Assembly: GCA_964057225.1 (NCBI GenBank)
Contig: OZ059899.1
Coordinates: 19,902,001-19,966,000, forward strand
Source of the DNA: Auanema rhodensis
Taxonomy: Eukaryota > Animalia > Nematoda
DNA length: 64,000 bases
Direction: 5' to 3'
In this document: positions 1 through 10,400 of the stretch, piece by piece
How positions within the stretch are numbered: the first letter of the stretch is position 1
How the letters are laid out: every line of letters begins with the position of its first letter
Notes under the pieces: generated by a model
The model's input: only the letters and a program-made list of their open reading frames with translations
The model's database searches: none
Told to the model about the DNA's origin: nothing
Translations under genes and position numbers: made by a program

Positions 1-2
1 GG

Positions 3-1136
3 ACAAATATGCAAACGGACATAGCAATTTTTGTGAAACAATGCGTTAAATGCGCACAAAGGAAGAAAGATCCTCACGCTGTGACCGTTCAGCCTATGGG
101 TCAATTTGAAATACCATCAAAACCATTTGAGAGAATACATATGGATATTATGGGACCATTCCCTACTTCAAAAAGAAACAACAATTATGTCCTAACAATA
201 CAAGATTCATTCTCCAAATGGGCGACAACCATCGCTATACCAACAATTGTCACCGATGTCATCATTGATAGATTCCTCAGGAATTTCGTATATATTTTTG
301 GACCACCAAATCGTTTAATAACCGATCGTGGATCTAATTTTGTATCAAAGAAATTTGAAGAAATGTGTGAAAAACTTGGCATTAAACACGAGCCAACACT
401 CCCTCATCAGAAAAACTCTAATGGACAAGTCGAAAGACTACACAGAACGCTAGAAGAAAGATTAACACACTATCTCAACCAAGACGTAACTGATTGGGAC
501 ATGTATTTACCAAAAATTACTTTTGCGTTAAATACAATAACACACGCAACCACAGGAATCTCTCCATACATAGCATTATTCGGAAAAGAAAGTCGTATGA
601 GATTAGACAAAGAATTATTCCCCGAGACATTACAACCAGAGATCTTGGAAGAAATTGAGAATACCGAATATATCAGAGGAGAAAGAAGAACCATCATTCA
701 AGAAAATCTTGCAAAACATCAAGAAACCGCGAAGAGAAAACATGATGGACGACAACGAATAGAAGAAAGAGATATCCGAAAAGGAGACCAAGTTATGTTA
801 GCAATTAAAGCGCATAAACCAGGTCAAAAGCTTCGCAAATCATATGATGGACCATTTGAAGTCATCAACGTTGAAGGAAACATGGTACAACTCAAGAATC
901 CATTTGGAAAAATTCAAGACGTACACAAAGACAATCTCAAACTTTTTGAACGCAAAATGGAGCATACAATCGCTCAAAACACGCGATCAAATACAACGAT
1001 TTATGACACGGACGACGACAGCGATATTGAGATCATAAAAGTCATAAATGGTAACGATAACTATGACTCTAGTGAAGAAACAGAACCAGAAGACCCATCG
1101 GACCAAAATTGGCTACCACCAAGAAGAAGACGATGA
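3..1136 (+). CDS. pol: Pol polyprotein C-terminus: retrotransposon integrase (5'-truncated by window; ATG at 9 is probably internal)
   Basis: CxxC half of the HHCC zinc finger (CVKC). Catalytic core PFERIHMDIMGP / LITDRGSNF / SNGQVER with exactly 35 residues between the second D and E. GPF motif (KLRKSYDGPFEV) then VHKDNLK. No stops or frameshifts; TGA at 1134-1136. Confidence 0.95.
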   Translation, partial: TNMQTDIAIFVKQCVKCAQRKKDPHAVTVQPMGQFEIPSKPFERIHMDIMGPFPTSKRNNNYVLTIQDSFSKWATTIAIPTIVTDVIIDRFLRNFVYIFGPPNRLITDRGSNFVSKKFEEMCEKLGIKHEPTLPHQKNSNGQVERLHRTLEERLTHYLNQDVTDWDMYLPKITFALNTITHATTGISPYIALFGKESRMRLDKELFPETLQPEILEEIENTEYIRGERRTIIQENLAKHQETAKRKHDGRQRIEERDIRKGDQVMLAIKAHKPGQKLRKSYDGPFEVINVEGNMVQLKNPFGKIQDVHKDNLKLFERKMEHTIAQNTRSNTTIYDTDDDSDIEIIKVINGNDNYDSSEETEPEDPSDQNWLPPRRRR

Positions 1137-1828
1137 AAGAAATAATTTCGAGATTGATAAAATTATTGTAAAACTTTGTATCAACTCTCTTTTAAAAAAC
1201 CAGAGCTATTAATATTATTATATCATTGAAAAACTTGAGTAAGACGAGATGTAAGCTAGTAATGAAAAAGAATTTCAGTTTCAAAGCATATATGATTATA
1301 AAACTTCATCAATTTCAAATAATTTCCCGTAAATAAAGAAGAAATGAAAGATAAGAGACATTATATTGCATATTCATCTGAGCAACAGTCCTTATCAAGT
1401 AGTTAATGATTCAATTCCGGAAATTATATGGGATTTAGTTTAATTTTTTTTATTATTACAATTCGCTTTGAATACGCTGAAGAAACATGCTAGCTCCATC
1501 GATAATATAGCATGACTCTCGTTTCTCTATACTCAAACAAGTTAGACATGCAGCGTCGTGCCTAAAAAGCTATTTTGCGCACTCTCGCTGACAAAATATA
1601 GCCCTGGTATTCTAAAAGATTGTTTTATTCCTTAATATTCATGTATTTTCAAATAATTTTTATTAAATTCTTTTCAGATAATATTGTTTAACATTATATT
1701 GTAATTTATCTTTACTATTTTTATGTTAACATTGTAATTTTTATTTTTTTAAAACTAAACCTTCTGCTACGATTGAAACAAGCCACATACTTTGCTATTC
1801 GCGAGGACGCGACATAAACTCGAAAAAA
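1137..1828 (+). other. AT-rich non-coding 3' region of the retrotransposon between pol stop and 3' LTR
   Basis: No ORF of 60 aa or more in the ORF track; T-rich tract at about 1620-1750; no env-like ORF. Confidence 0.7.
1799..1828 (+). promoter_or_regulatory. Pre-LTR stem-loop (TCGCG-AGGA-CGCGA) and short putative polypurine tract (GAAAAAA, 1822-1828)
   Basis: Perfect 5-bp stem with AGGA loop at 1799-1812, resembling the GAGGAC-centred hairpin often seen just upstream of gypsy PPTs. The purine run directly precedes the TG at 1829. Confidence 0.55.
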
Positions 1829-2173
1829 TGGCACGTTCCATTCGGAAATCAATACGTAGCAGGCGGGTTAGAATCAGACGACATGAGGCTGAGAGAGGAC
1901 GACACGCCCTTCATATGGAACACAGACTTCAGCTTTGCCTTATGGAATGACTATGGATGGTTGGTCTTCCTTTCTTAGCTCTCTTTCACTTTATATCTTT
2001 ATGTAGACTTATATAACTTATTGTAATCATGTAGACAAAATAAACCTTTCTTTCTCGAGTCTTATGTTTACCCATTATGCTCTTTATCTACCGCTACATC
2101 TGGAATACTATCACACTCATCTTGTAGGCTTTATTGGTCTATAGGATCGACGTGAGAGCATAACGGAACGCCA
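1829..2173 (+). repeat. Putative 3' LTR (~345 bp)
   Basis: Starts TGGCACGTTCCATT and ends AACGGAACGCCA (reverse complement TGGCGTTCCGTT), giving imperfect terminal inverted repeats with TG...CA ends. Contains TATATAA (2010-2016) and AATAAA (2039-2044). The 5' LTR is not in the window to confirm this. Confidence 0.75.
2039..2044 (+). terminator. Candidate LTR polyadenylation signal AATAAA
   Basis: Canonical hexamer inside the putative LTR, followed by T/C-rich sequence. Confidence 0.5.
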
Positions 2174-5100
2174 TGTACACTCAACATTGCTTCCAAAAAC
2201 ATTTTTACAAAAATTTTTCCGAAAAATTTCGGAATAATTTCGCAAAAAGTAGATGTTTTTAGATTCCTTTTTTCAAGGCAAAGACGATGGACATTGTTAT
2301 TCAATGAAAAAATTGATTCTGCAGGGTGAAAATCGAGGATATAAGTGTGAACTTATATCAGTTGATATCTCGGTGCATTTTTAAGCTAGCGCAAATCTAA
2401 TAACACAGATCGACGCAGCTTAAAAATTCGCATCGAATGCACTATACTGCATTGAGAAACGCTTAATACAAAAGTTAGTTATGATCGTTTGAAAAAAGAT
2501 GCATTAGTGTATGTTGAGTTTCCATGTACACTCAACATTGCTTCCAAAAACATTTTTACAAAAATTTTTCCGAAAAATTTCGAAATAATTTCGCAAAAAG
2601 TAGATGTTTTTAGATTCCTTTTTTCAAGGCAAAGACGATGGACATTGTTATTCAACGAAAAAATTGATTCTGCAGGGTGAAAATCGATGATATAAGTGTG
2701 AACTTATATCAGTTGATATCTCGGTGCATTTTTAAGCTAGCGCAAATCTGATAACACAGATCGACGCAGCTTAAAAATCCGCATCGAATGCACTATACAA
2801 CATTGAGAAACGCTTAACACAAAAATTAGTTATGATCGTTTGAAAAATGATGCATTAGTGTATGTTGAGTTTCCATGTACACTCAACATTGCTTCCAAAA
2901 ACATTTTTACAAAAATTTTTCCGAAAAATTTCAAAATAATTTCGCAAAAAGTAGATGTTTTTAGATTCCTTTTTTTAAGGCAAAGACGATGGACAATGTT
3001 ATTCAACGAAAAAATTAATTCTGCAGGGTGAAAATCGAGGATATAAGTGTGAATTTATATCAGTTGATATCTCGGTGCATTTTTAAGCTAGCGCAAATCT
3101 GATAACACAGATCGACGCAGCTTAAAAATCCGCATCGAATGCACTATACTACATTGAGAAACGCTTGATACAAAAATTAGTTATGATCGTTTGAAAAAAG
3201 ATGCATTAGTGTATGTTGAGTTTCCATGTACACTCAACATTGCTTCCAAAAACATTTTGACAAAAATTTTTCCAAAAAATTTCAAAATAATTTCGCAAAA
3301 AGTAAATGTTTTTAGATTCCTTTCTCCAAGGCAAAGACGATGGACAATGTTATTCAACGAAAAAATTAATTCTGCAGGGTGAAAATCGAGGATATAAGTG
3401 TGAACTTATATCAGTTGATATCTCGGTGCATTTTTAAGCTAGCGCAAATCTGATAACACAGATCGACGCAGCTTAAAAATCCGCATCGAATGCACTATAC
3501 AACATTGAGAAACGCTTAATACAAAAATTAGTTATGATCGTTTGAAAAATGATGCATTAGTGTATGTTGAGTTTCCATGTACACTCAACATTGCTTCCAA
3601 AAACATTTTTACAAAAATTTTTCCGAAAAATTTCAAAATAATTTCGCAAAAAGTAGATGTTTTTAGATTCCTTTTTTCAAGGCAAAGACGATGGACAATG
3701 TTATTCAACGAAAAAAATTATTTCTGCAGGGTGAAAATCGAGGATATAAGTGTGAACTTATATCAGTTGATATCTCGGTGCATTTTTAAGCTAGCGCAAA
3801 TCTGATAACACAGATCGACGCAGCTTAAAAATCCGCATCGAATGCACTATACTACATTGAAAAACGCTTAATACAAAAATTAGTTATGATCGTTTGAAAA
3901 AAGATGCATTAGTGTATGTTGAGTTTCCATGTACACTCAACATTGCTTCCAAAAACATTTTGACAAAAATTTTTCCGAAAAATTTCAAAATAATTTCGCA
4001 AAAAGTAGATGTTTTTAGATTCCTTTTTTCAAGGCAAAGACGATGGACATTGTTATTCAACGAAAAAATTGATTCTGCAGGGTGAAAATCGAGGATATAA
4101 GTGTGAACTTATATCAGTTGATATCTCGGTGCATTTTTAAGCTAGCGCAAATCTGATAACACAGATCGACGCAGCTTAAAAATCCGCATCGAATGCACTA
4201 TACTACATTGAGAAACGCTTAATACAAAAATTAGTTATGATCGTTTGAAAAATGATGCATTAGTGTATGTTGAGTTTCCATGTACACTCAACATTGCTTC
4301 CAAAAACATTTTTACAAAAATTTTTCCGAAAAATTTCGAAATAATTTCGCAAAAAGTAGATGTTTTCAGATTCCTTTTTTCAAGGCAAAGACGATGGACA
4401 TTGTTATTCAACGAAAAAATTGATTCTGCAGGGTGAAAATCGAGGATATAAGTGTGAACTTATATCAGTTGATATCTCGGTGCATTTTTAAGCTAACGCA
4501 AATCTGATAACACAGCTCGACGCAGCTTAAAAATCCGCATCGAATGCACTATACAACATTGAGAAACGCTTAATACAAAAATTGGTTATAATCGTTTGAA
4601 AAATGATGCATTAGTGTATGTTGAGTTTCCATGTACACTCAACATTGCTTCCAAAAACATTTTGACAAAAATTTTTCCGAAAAATTTCGAGATAATTTCG
4701 CAAAAAGTTGATGTTTTTAGATTCCTTTTTTCAAGGCAAAGACGATGGACATTGTTATTCAACGAAAAAATTGATTCTGCAGGGTGAAAATCGAGGATAT
4801 AAGTGTGAATTTATATCAGTTGATATCTCGGTGCATTTTTAAGCTAACGCAAATCTGATAACACAGCTCGACGCAGCTTAAAAATCCGCATCGAATGCAC
4901 TATACAACATTGAGAAACGCTTAATACAAAAATTAGTTATAATCGTTTGAAAAATGATGCATTAGTGTATGTTGAGTTTCCATGTACACTCAACATTGCT
5001 TCCAAAAACATTTTGACAAAAATTTTTCCGAAAAATTTCGAGATAATTTCGCGAAAAGTTGATGTTTTTAGATTCCTTTTTTCAGGGCAAAGACGATGGA

Positions 5101-5297
5101 CATTGTTATTCAACGAAAAAATTGATTCTGCAGGGTGAAAATCGAGGATATAAGTGTGAACTTATATCAGTTGATATCTCGGTGCATTTTTAAGCTAGCG
5201 CAAATCTGATAACACAGATCGACGCAGCTTAAGAATCCGCATCGAATGCACTATACAACATTGAGAAACGCTTAATACAAAAATTAGTTATGATCGT

Positions 5298-7406
5298 TTG
5301 AAAAATGATGCATTAGTGTATGTTGAGTTTCCATGTACACTCAACATTGCTTCCAAAAACATTTTTACAAAAATTTTTCCGAAAAATTTCAAAATAATTT
5401 CGCAAAAAGTAGATGTTTTTAGATTCCTTTTTTCAAGGCAAAGACGATGGACAATGTTATTCAACGAAAAAAATTATTTCTGCAGGGTGAAAATCGAGGA
5501 TATAAGTGTGAACTTATATCAGTTGATATCTCGGTGCATTTTTAAGCTAGCGCAAATCTGATAACACAGATCGACGCAGCTTAAGAATCCGCATCGAATG
5601 CACTATACAACATTGAGAAACGCTTAATACAAAAATTAGTTATGATCGTTTGAAAAATGATGCATTAGTGTATGTTGAGTTTCCATGTACACTCAACATT
5701 GCTTCCAAAAACATTTTTACAAAAATTTTTCCGAAAAATTTCAAAATAATTTCGCAAAAAGTAGATGTTTTTAGATTCCTTTTTTCAAGGCAAAGACGAT
5801 GGACATTGTTATTCAACGAAAAAATTGATTCTGCAGGGTGAAAATCGAGGATATAAGTGTGAACTTATATCAGTTGATATCTCGGTGCATTTTTAAGCTA
5901 GCGCAAATCTGATAACACAGATCGACGCAGCTTAAGAATCCGCATCGAATGCACTATACAACATTGAGAAACGCTTAATACAAAAATTAGTTATGATCGT
6001 TTGAAAAATGATGCATTAGTGTATGTTGAGTTTCCATGTACACTCAACATTGCTTCCAAAAACATTTTTACAAAAATTTTTCCGAAAAATTTCAAAATAA
6101 TTTCGCAAAAAGTAGATGTTTTTAGATTCCTTTTTTCTAAGCAAAGACGATGGACAATGTTATTCAACGAAAAAAATTATTTCTGCAGGGTGAAAATCGA
6201 GGATATAAGTGTGAACTTATATCAGTTGATATCTCGGTGCATTTTTAAGCTAGCGCAAATCTGATAACACAGATCGACGCAGCTTAAGAATCCGCATCGA
6301 ATGCACTATACAACATTGAGAAACGCTTAATACAAAAATTAGTTATGATCGTTTGAAAAATGATGCATTAGTGTATGTTGAGTTTCCATGTACACTCAAC
6401 ATTGCTTCCAAAAACATTTTTACAAAAATTTTTCCGAAAAATTTCAAAATAATTTCGCAAAAAGTAGATGTTTTTAGATTCCTTTTTTCAAGGCAAAGAC
6501 GATGGACATTGTTATTCAATGAAAAAATTGATTCTGCAGGGTGAAAATCGAGGATATAAGTGTGAACTTATATCAGTTGATATCTCGGTGCATTTTTAAG
6601 CTAGCGCAAATCTGATAACACAGATCGACGCAGCTTAAGAATCCGCATCGAATGCACTATACAACATTGAGAAACGCTTAATACAAAAATTAGTTATGAT
6701 CGTTTGAAAAATGATGCATTAGTGTATGTTGAGTTTCCATGTACACTCAACATTGCTTCCAAAAACATTTTTACAAAAATTTTTCCGAAAAATTTCAAAA
6801 TAATTTCGCAAAAAGTAGATGTTTTTAGATTCCTTTTTTCAAGGCAAAGACGATGGACAATGTTATTCAACGAAAAAAATTATTTCTGCAGGGTGAAAAT
6901 CGAGGATATAAGTGTGAACTTATATCAGTTGATATCTCGGTGCATTTTTAAGCTAGCGCAAATCTGATAACACAGATCGACGCAGCTTAAGAATCCGCAT
7001 CGAATGCACTATACAACATTGAGAAACGCTTAATACAAAAATTAGTTATGATCGTTTGAAAAATGATGCATTAGTGTATGTTGAGTTTCCATGTACACTC
7101 AACATTGCTTCCAAAAACATTTTTACAAAAATTTTTCCGAAAAATTTCAAAATAATTTCGCAAAAAGTAGATGTTTTTAGATTCCTTTTTTCAAGGCAAA
7201 GACGATGGACATTGTTATTTAACGAAAAAATTGATTCTGCAGGGTGAAAATCGAGGATATAAGTGTGAACTTATATCAGTTGATATCTCGGTGCATTTTT
7301 AAGCTAGCGCAAATCTAATAACACAGATCGACGCAGCTTAAAAATCCGCATCGAATGCACTATACAACATTGAGAAACGCTTAACACAAAAATTAGTTAT
7401 GATCGT
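5298..7406 (+). repeat. Dimeric higher-order repeat, 703 bp (352+351) x3
   Basis: The 352-bp variant (gaaaaaaattatttctgcag) alternates with 351-bp units at 5298, 6001 and 6704. Confidence 0.85.
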
Positions 7407-10400
7407 TTGAAAAATGATGCATTAGTGTATGTTGAGTTTCCATGTACACTCAACATTGCTTCCAAAAACATTTTGACAAAAATTTTTCCGAAAAATTTCG
7501 AAATAATTTCGCAAAAAGTAGATGTTTTCAGATTCCTTTTTTCAAGGCAAAGACGATGGACATTGTTATTCAACGAAAAAATTGATTCTGCAGGGTGAAA
7601 ATCGAGGATATAAGTGTGAACTTATATCAGTTGATATCTCGGTGCATTTTTAAGCTAACGCAAATCTGATAACACAGCTCGACGCAGCTTAAAAATCCGC
7701 ATCGAATGCACTATACAACATTGAGAAACGCTTAATACAAAAATTAGTTATAATCGTTTGAAAAATGATGCATTAGTGTATGTTGAGTTTCCATGTACAC
7801 TCAACATTGCTTCCAAAAACATTTTGACAAAAATTTTTCCGAAAAATTTCGAGATAATTTCGCAAAAAGTTGATGTTTTTAGATTCCTTTTTTCAAGGCA
7901 AAGACGATGGACATTGTTATTCAACGAAAAAATTGATTCTGCAGGGTGAAAATCGAGGATATAAGTGTGAACTTATATCAGTTGATATCTCGGTGCATTT
8001 TTAAGCTAGCGCAAATCTGATAACACAGATCGACGCAGCTTAAGAATCCGCATCGAATGCACTATACAACATTGAGAAACGCTTAATACAAAAATTAGTT
8101 ATGATCGTTTGAAAAATGATGCATTAGTGTATGTTGAGTTTCCATGTACACTCAACATTGCTTCCAAAAACATTTTTACAAAAATTTTTCCGAAAATTTT
8201 CAAAATAATTTCGCAAAAAGTAGATGTTTTTAGATTCCTTTTCTCAAGGCAAAGACGATGGACATTGTTATTCAACGAAAAAATTGATTCTGCAGGGTGA
8301 AAATCGAGGATATAAGTGTGAACTTATATCAGTTGATATCTCGGTGCATTTTTAAGCTAGCGCAAATCTGATAACACAGATCGACGCAGCTTAAGAATCC
8401 GCATCGAATGCACTATACAACATTGAGAAACGCTTAATACAAAAATTAGTTATGATCGTTTGAAAAATGATGCATTAGTGTATGTTGAGTTTCCATGTAC
8501 ACTCAACATTGCTTCCAAAAACATTTTTACAAAAATTTTTCCGAAAATTTTCAAAATAATTTCGCAAAAAGTAGATGTTTTTAGATTCCTTTTTTCAAGG
8601 CAAAGACGATGGACATTGTTATTCAACGAAAAAATTGATTCTGCAGGGTGAAAATCGAGGATATAAGTGTGAACTTATATCAGTTGATATCTCGGTGCAT
8701 TTTTAAGCTAGCGCAAATCTAATAACACAGATCGACGCAGCTTAAAAATCCGCATCGAATGCACTATACAACATTGAGAAACGCTTAATACAAAAATTAG
8801 TTATGATCGTTTGAAAAATGATGCATTAGTGTATGTTGAGTTTCCATGTACACTCAACATTGCTTCCAAAAACATTTTGACAAAAATTTTTCCGAAAAAT
8901 TTCGAAATAATTTCGCAAAAAGTAGATGTTTTCAGATTCCTTTTTTCAAGGCAAAGACGATGGACATTGTTATTCAACGAAAAAATTGATTCTGCAGGGT
9001 GAAAATCGAGGATATAAGTGTGAACTTATAACAGTTGATATCTCGGTGCATTTTTAAGCTAACGCAAATCTGATAACACAGCTCGACGCAGCTTAAAAAT
9101 CCGCATCGAATGCACTATACAACATTGAGAAACGCTTAATACAAAAATTAGTTATAATCGTTTGAAAAATGATGCATTAGTGTATGTTGAGTTTCCATGT
9201 ACACTCAACATTGCTTCCAAAAACATTTTGACAAAAATTTTTCCGAAAAATTTCGAAATAATTTCGCAAAAAGTAGATGTTTTTAGATTCCTTTTTTCAA
9301 GGCAAAGACGATGGACATTGTTATTCAACGAAAAAATTGATTCTGCAGGGTGAAAATCGAGGATATAAGTGTGAACTTATATCAGTTGATATCTCGGTGC
9401 ATTTTTAAGCTAACGCAAATCTGATAACACAGCTCGACGCAGCTTAAAAATCCGCATCGAATGCACTATACAACATTGAGAAACGCTTAATACAAAAATT
9501 AGTTATAATCGTTTGAAAAATGATGCATTAGTGTATGTTGAGTTTCCATGTACACTCAACATTGCTTCCAAAAACATTTTGACAAAAATTTTTCCGAAAA
9601 ATTTCGAAATAATTTCGCAAAAAGTAGATGTTTTTAGATTCCTTTTTTCAAGGCAAAGACGATGGACATTGTTATTCAACGAAAAAATTGATTCTGCAGG
9701 GTGAAAATCGAGGATATAAGTGTGAACTTATATCAGTTGATATCTCGGTGCATTTTTAAGCTAGCGCAAATCTAATAACACAGATCGACGCAGCTTAAAA
9801 ATCCGCATCGAATGCACTATACAACATTGAGAAACGCTTAACACAAAAATTAGTTATGATCGTTTGAAAAATGATGCATTAGTGTATGTTGAGTTTCCAT
9901 GTACACTCAACATTGCTTCCAAAAACATTTTGACAAAAATTTTTCCGAAAAATTTCGAAATAATTTCGCAAAAAGTAGATGTTTTCAGATTCCTTTTTTC
10001 AAGGCAAAGACGATGGACATTGTTATTCAACGAAAAAATTGATTCTGCAGGGTGAAAATCGAGGATATAAGTGTGAACTTATATCAGTTGATATCTCGGT
10101 GCATTTTTAAGCTAGCGCAAATCTAATAACACAGATCGACGCAGCTTAAAAATCCGCATCGAATGCACTAGACAACATTGAGAAACGCTTAACACAAAAA
10201 TTAGTTATGATCGTTTGAAAAATGATGCATTAGTGTATGTTGAGTTTCCATGTACACTCAACATTGCTTCCAAAAACATTTTGACAAAAATTTTTCCGAA
10301 AAATTTCGAAATAATTTCGCAAAAAGTAGATGTTTTCAGATTCCTTTTTTCAAGGCAAAGACGATGGACATTGTTATTCAACGAAAAAATTGATTCTGCA

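Larger units (their letters stand above)
1..2173 (+). mobile_element. Ty3/gypsy (Metaviridae) LTR retrotransposon, 3' portion (integrase, 3' spacer, 3' LTR); 5' part lies outside the window
   Basis: Integrase is the last pol domain (gypsy order) and has a GPY/F motif. It is followed by a non-coding spacer, a purine run and a TG...CA-bounded segment with terminal inverted repeats, then an abrupt switch to satellite. Confidence 0.92.

Noticed and set aside
185-1038. Small ORFs 185-382(-), 470-697(-) and 844-1038(+)
   Set aside because: Short shadow frames overlapping the integrase, with no recognisable motifs.
1829-2173. Satellite derived from the LTR (345 vs 351 bp)
   Set aside because: Similar length, but no alignable similarity seen beyond an 8-bp GATCGACG match.
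2159-2173. Minus-strand primer binding site (TGGCGTTCC...)
   Set aside because: Position and orientation relative to pol fit the LTR terminal inverted repeat; no tRNA match can be supported.
2745-2815. Hammerhead ribozyme (retrozyme-like satellite) suggested by CTGATAA ... GAAAC
   Set aside because: Core is CUGAUAA (CUGAUAU on the minus strand), not CUGANGA, and I could not build stems I-III around the boxes. An Infernal search would settle it.
2489-2839. 5S rRNA, spliced-leader RNA, tRNA or snRNA tandem gene unit
   Set aside because: No recognisable 5S sequence, SL leader, cloverleaf or A/B boxes.
2489-2839. Internal ~175-bp dimer structure or CENP-B box in the monomer
   Set aside because: No half-unit similarity visible (only a repeated CAACATTG) and no TTCGnnnnAnnCGGG match.
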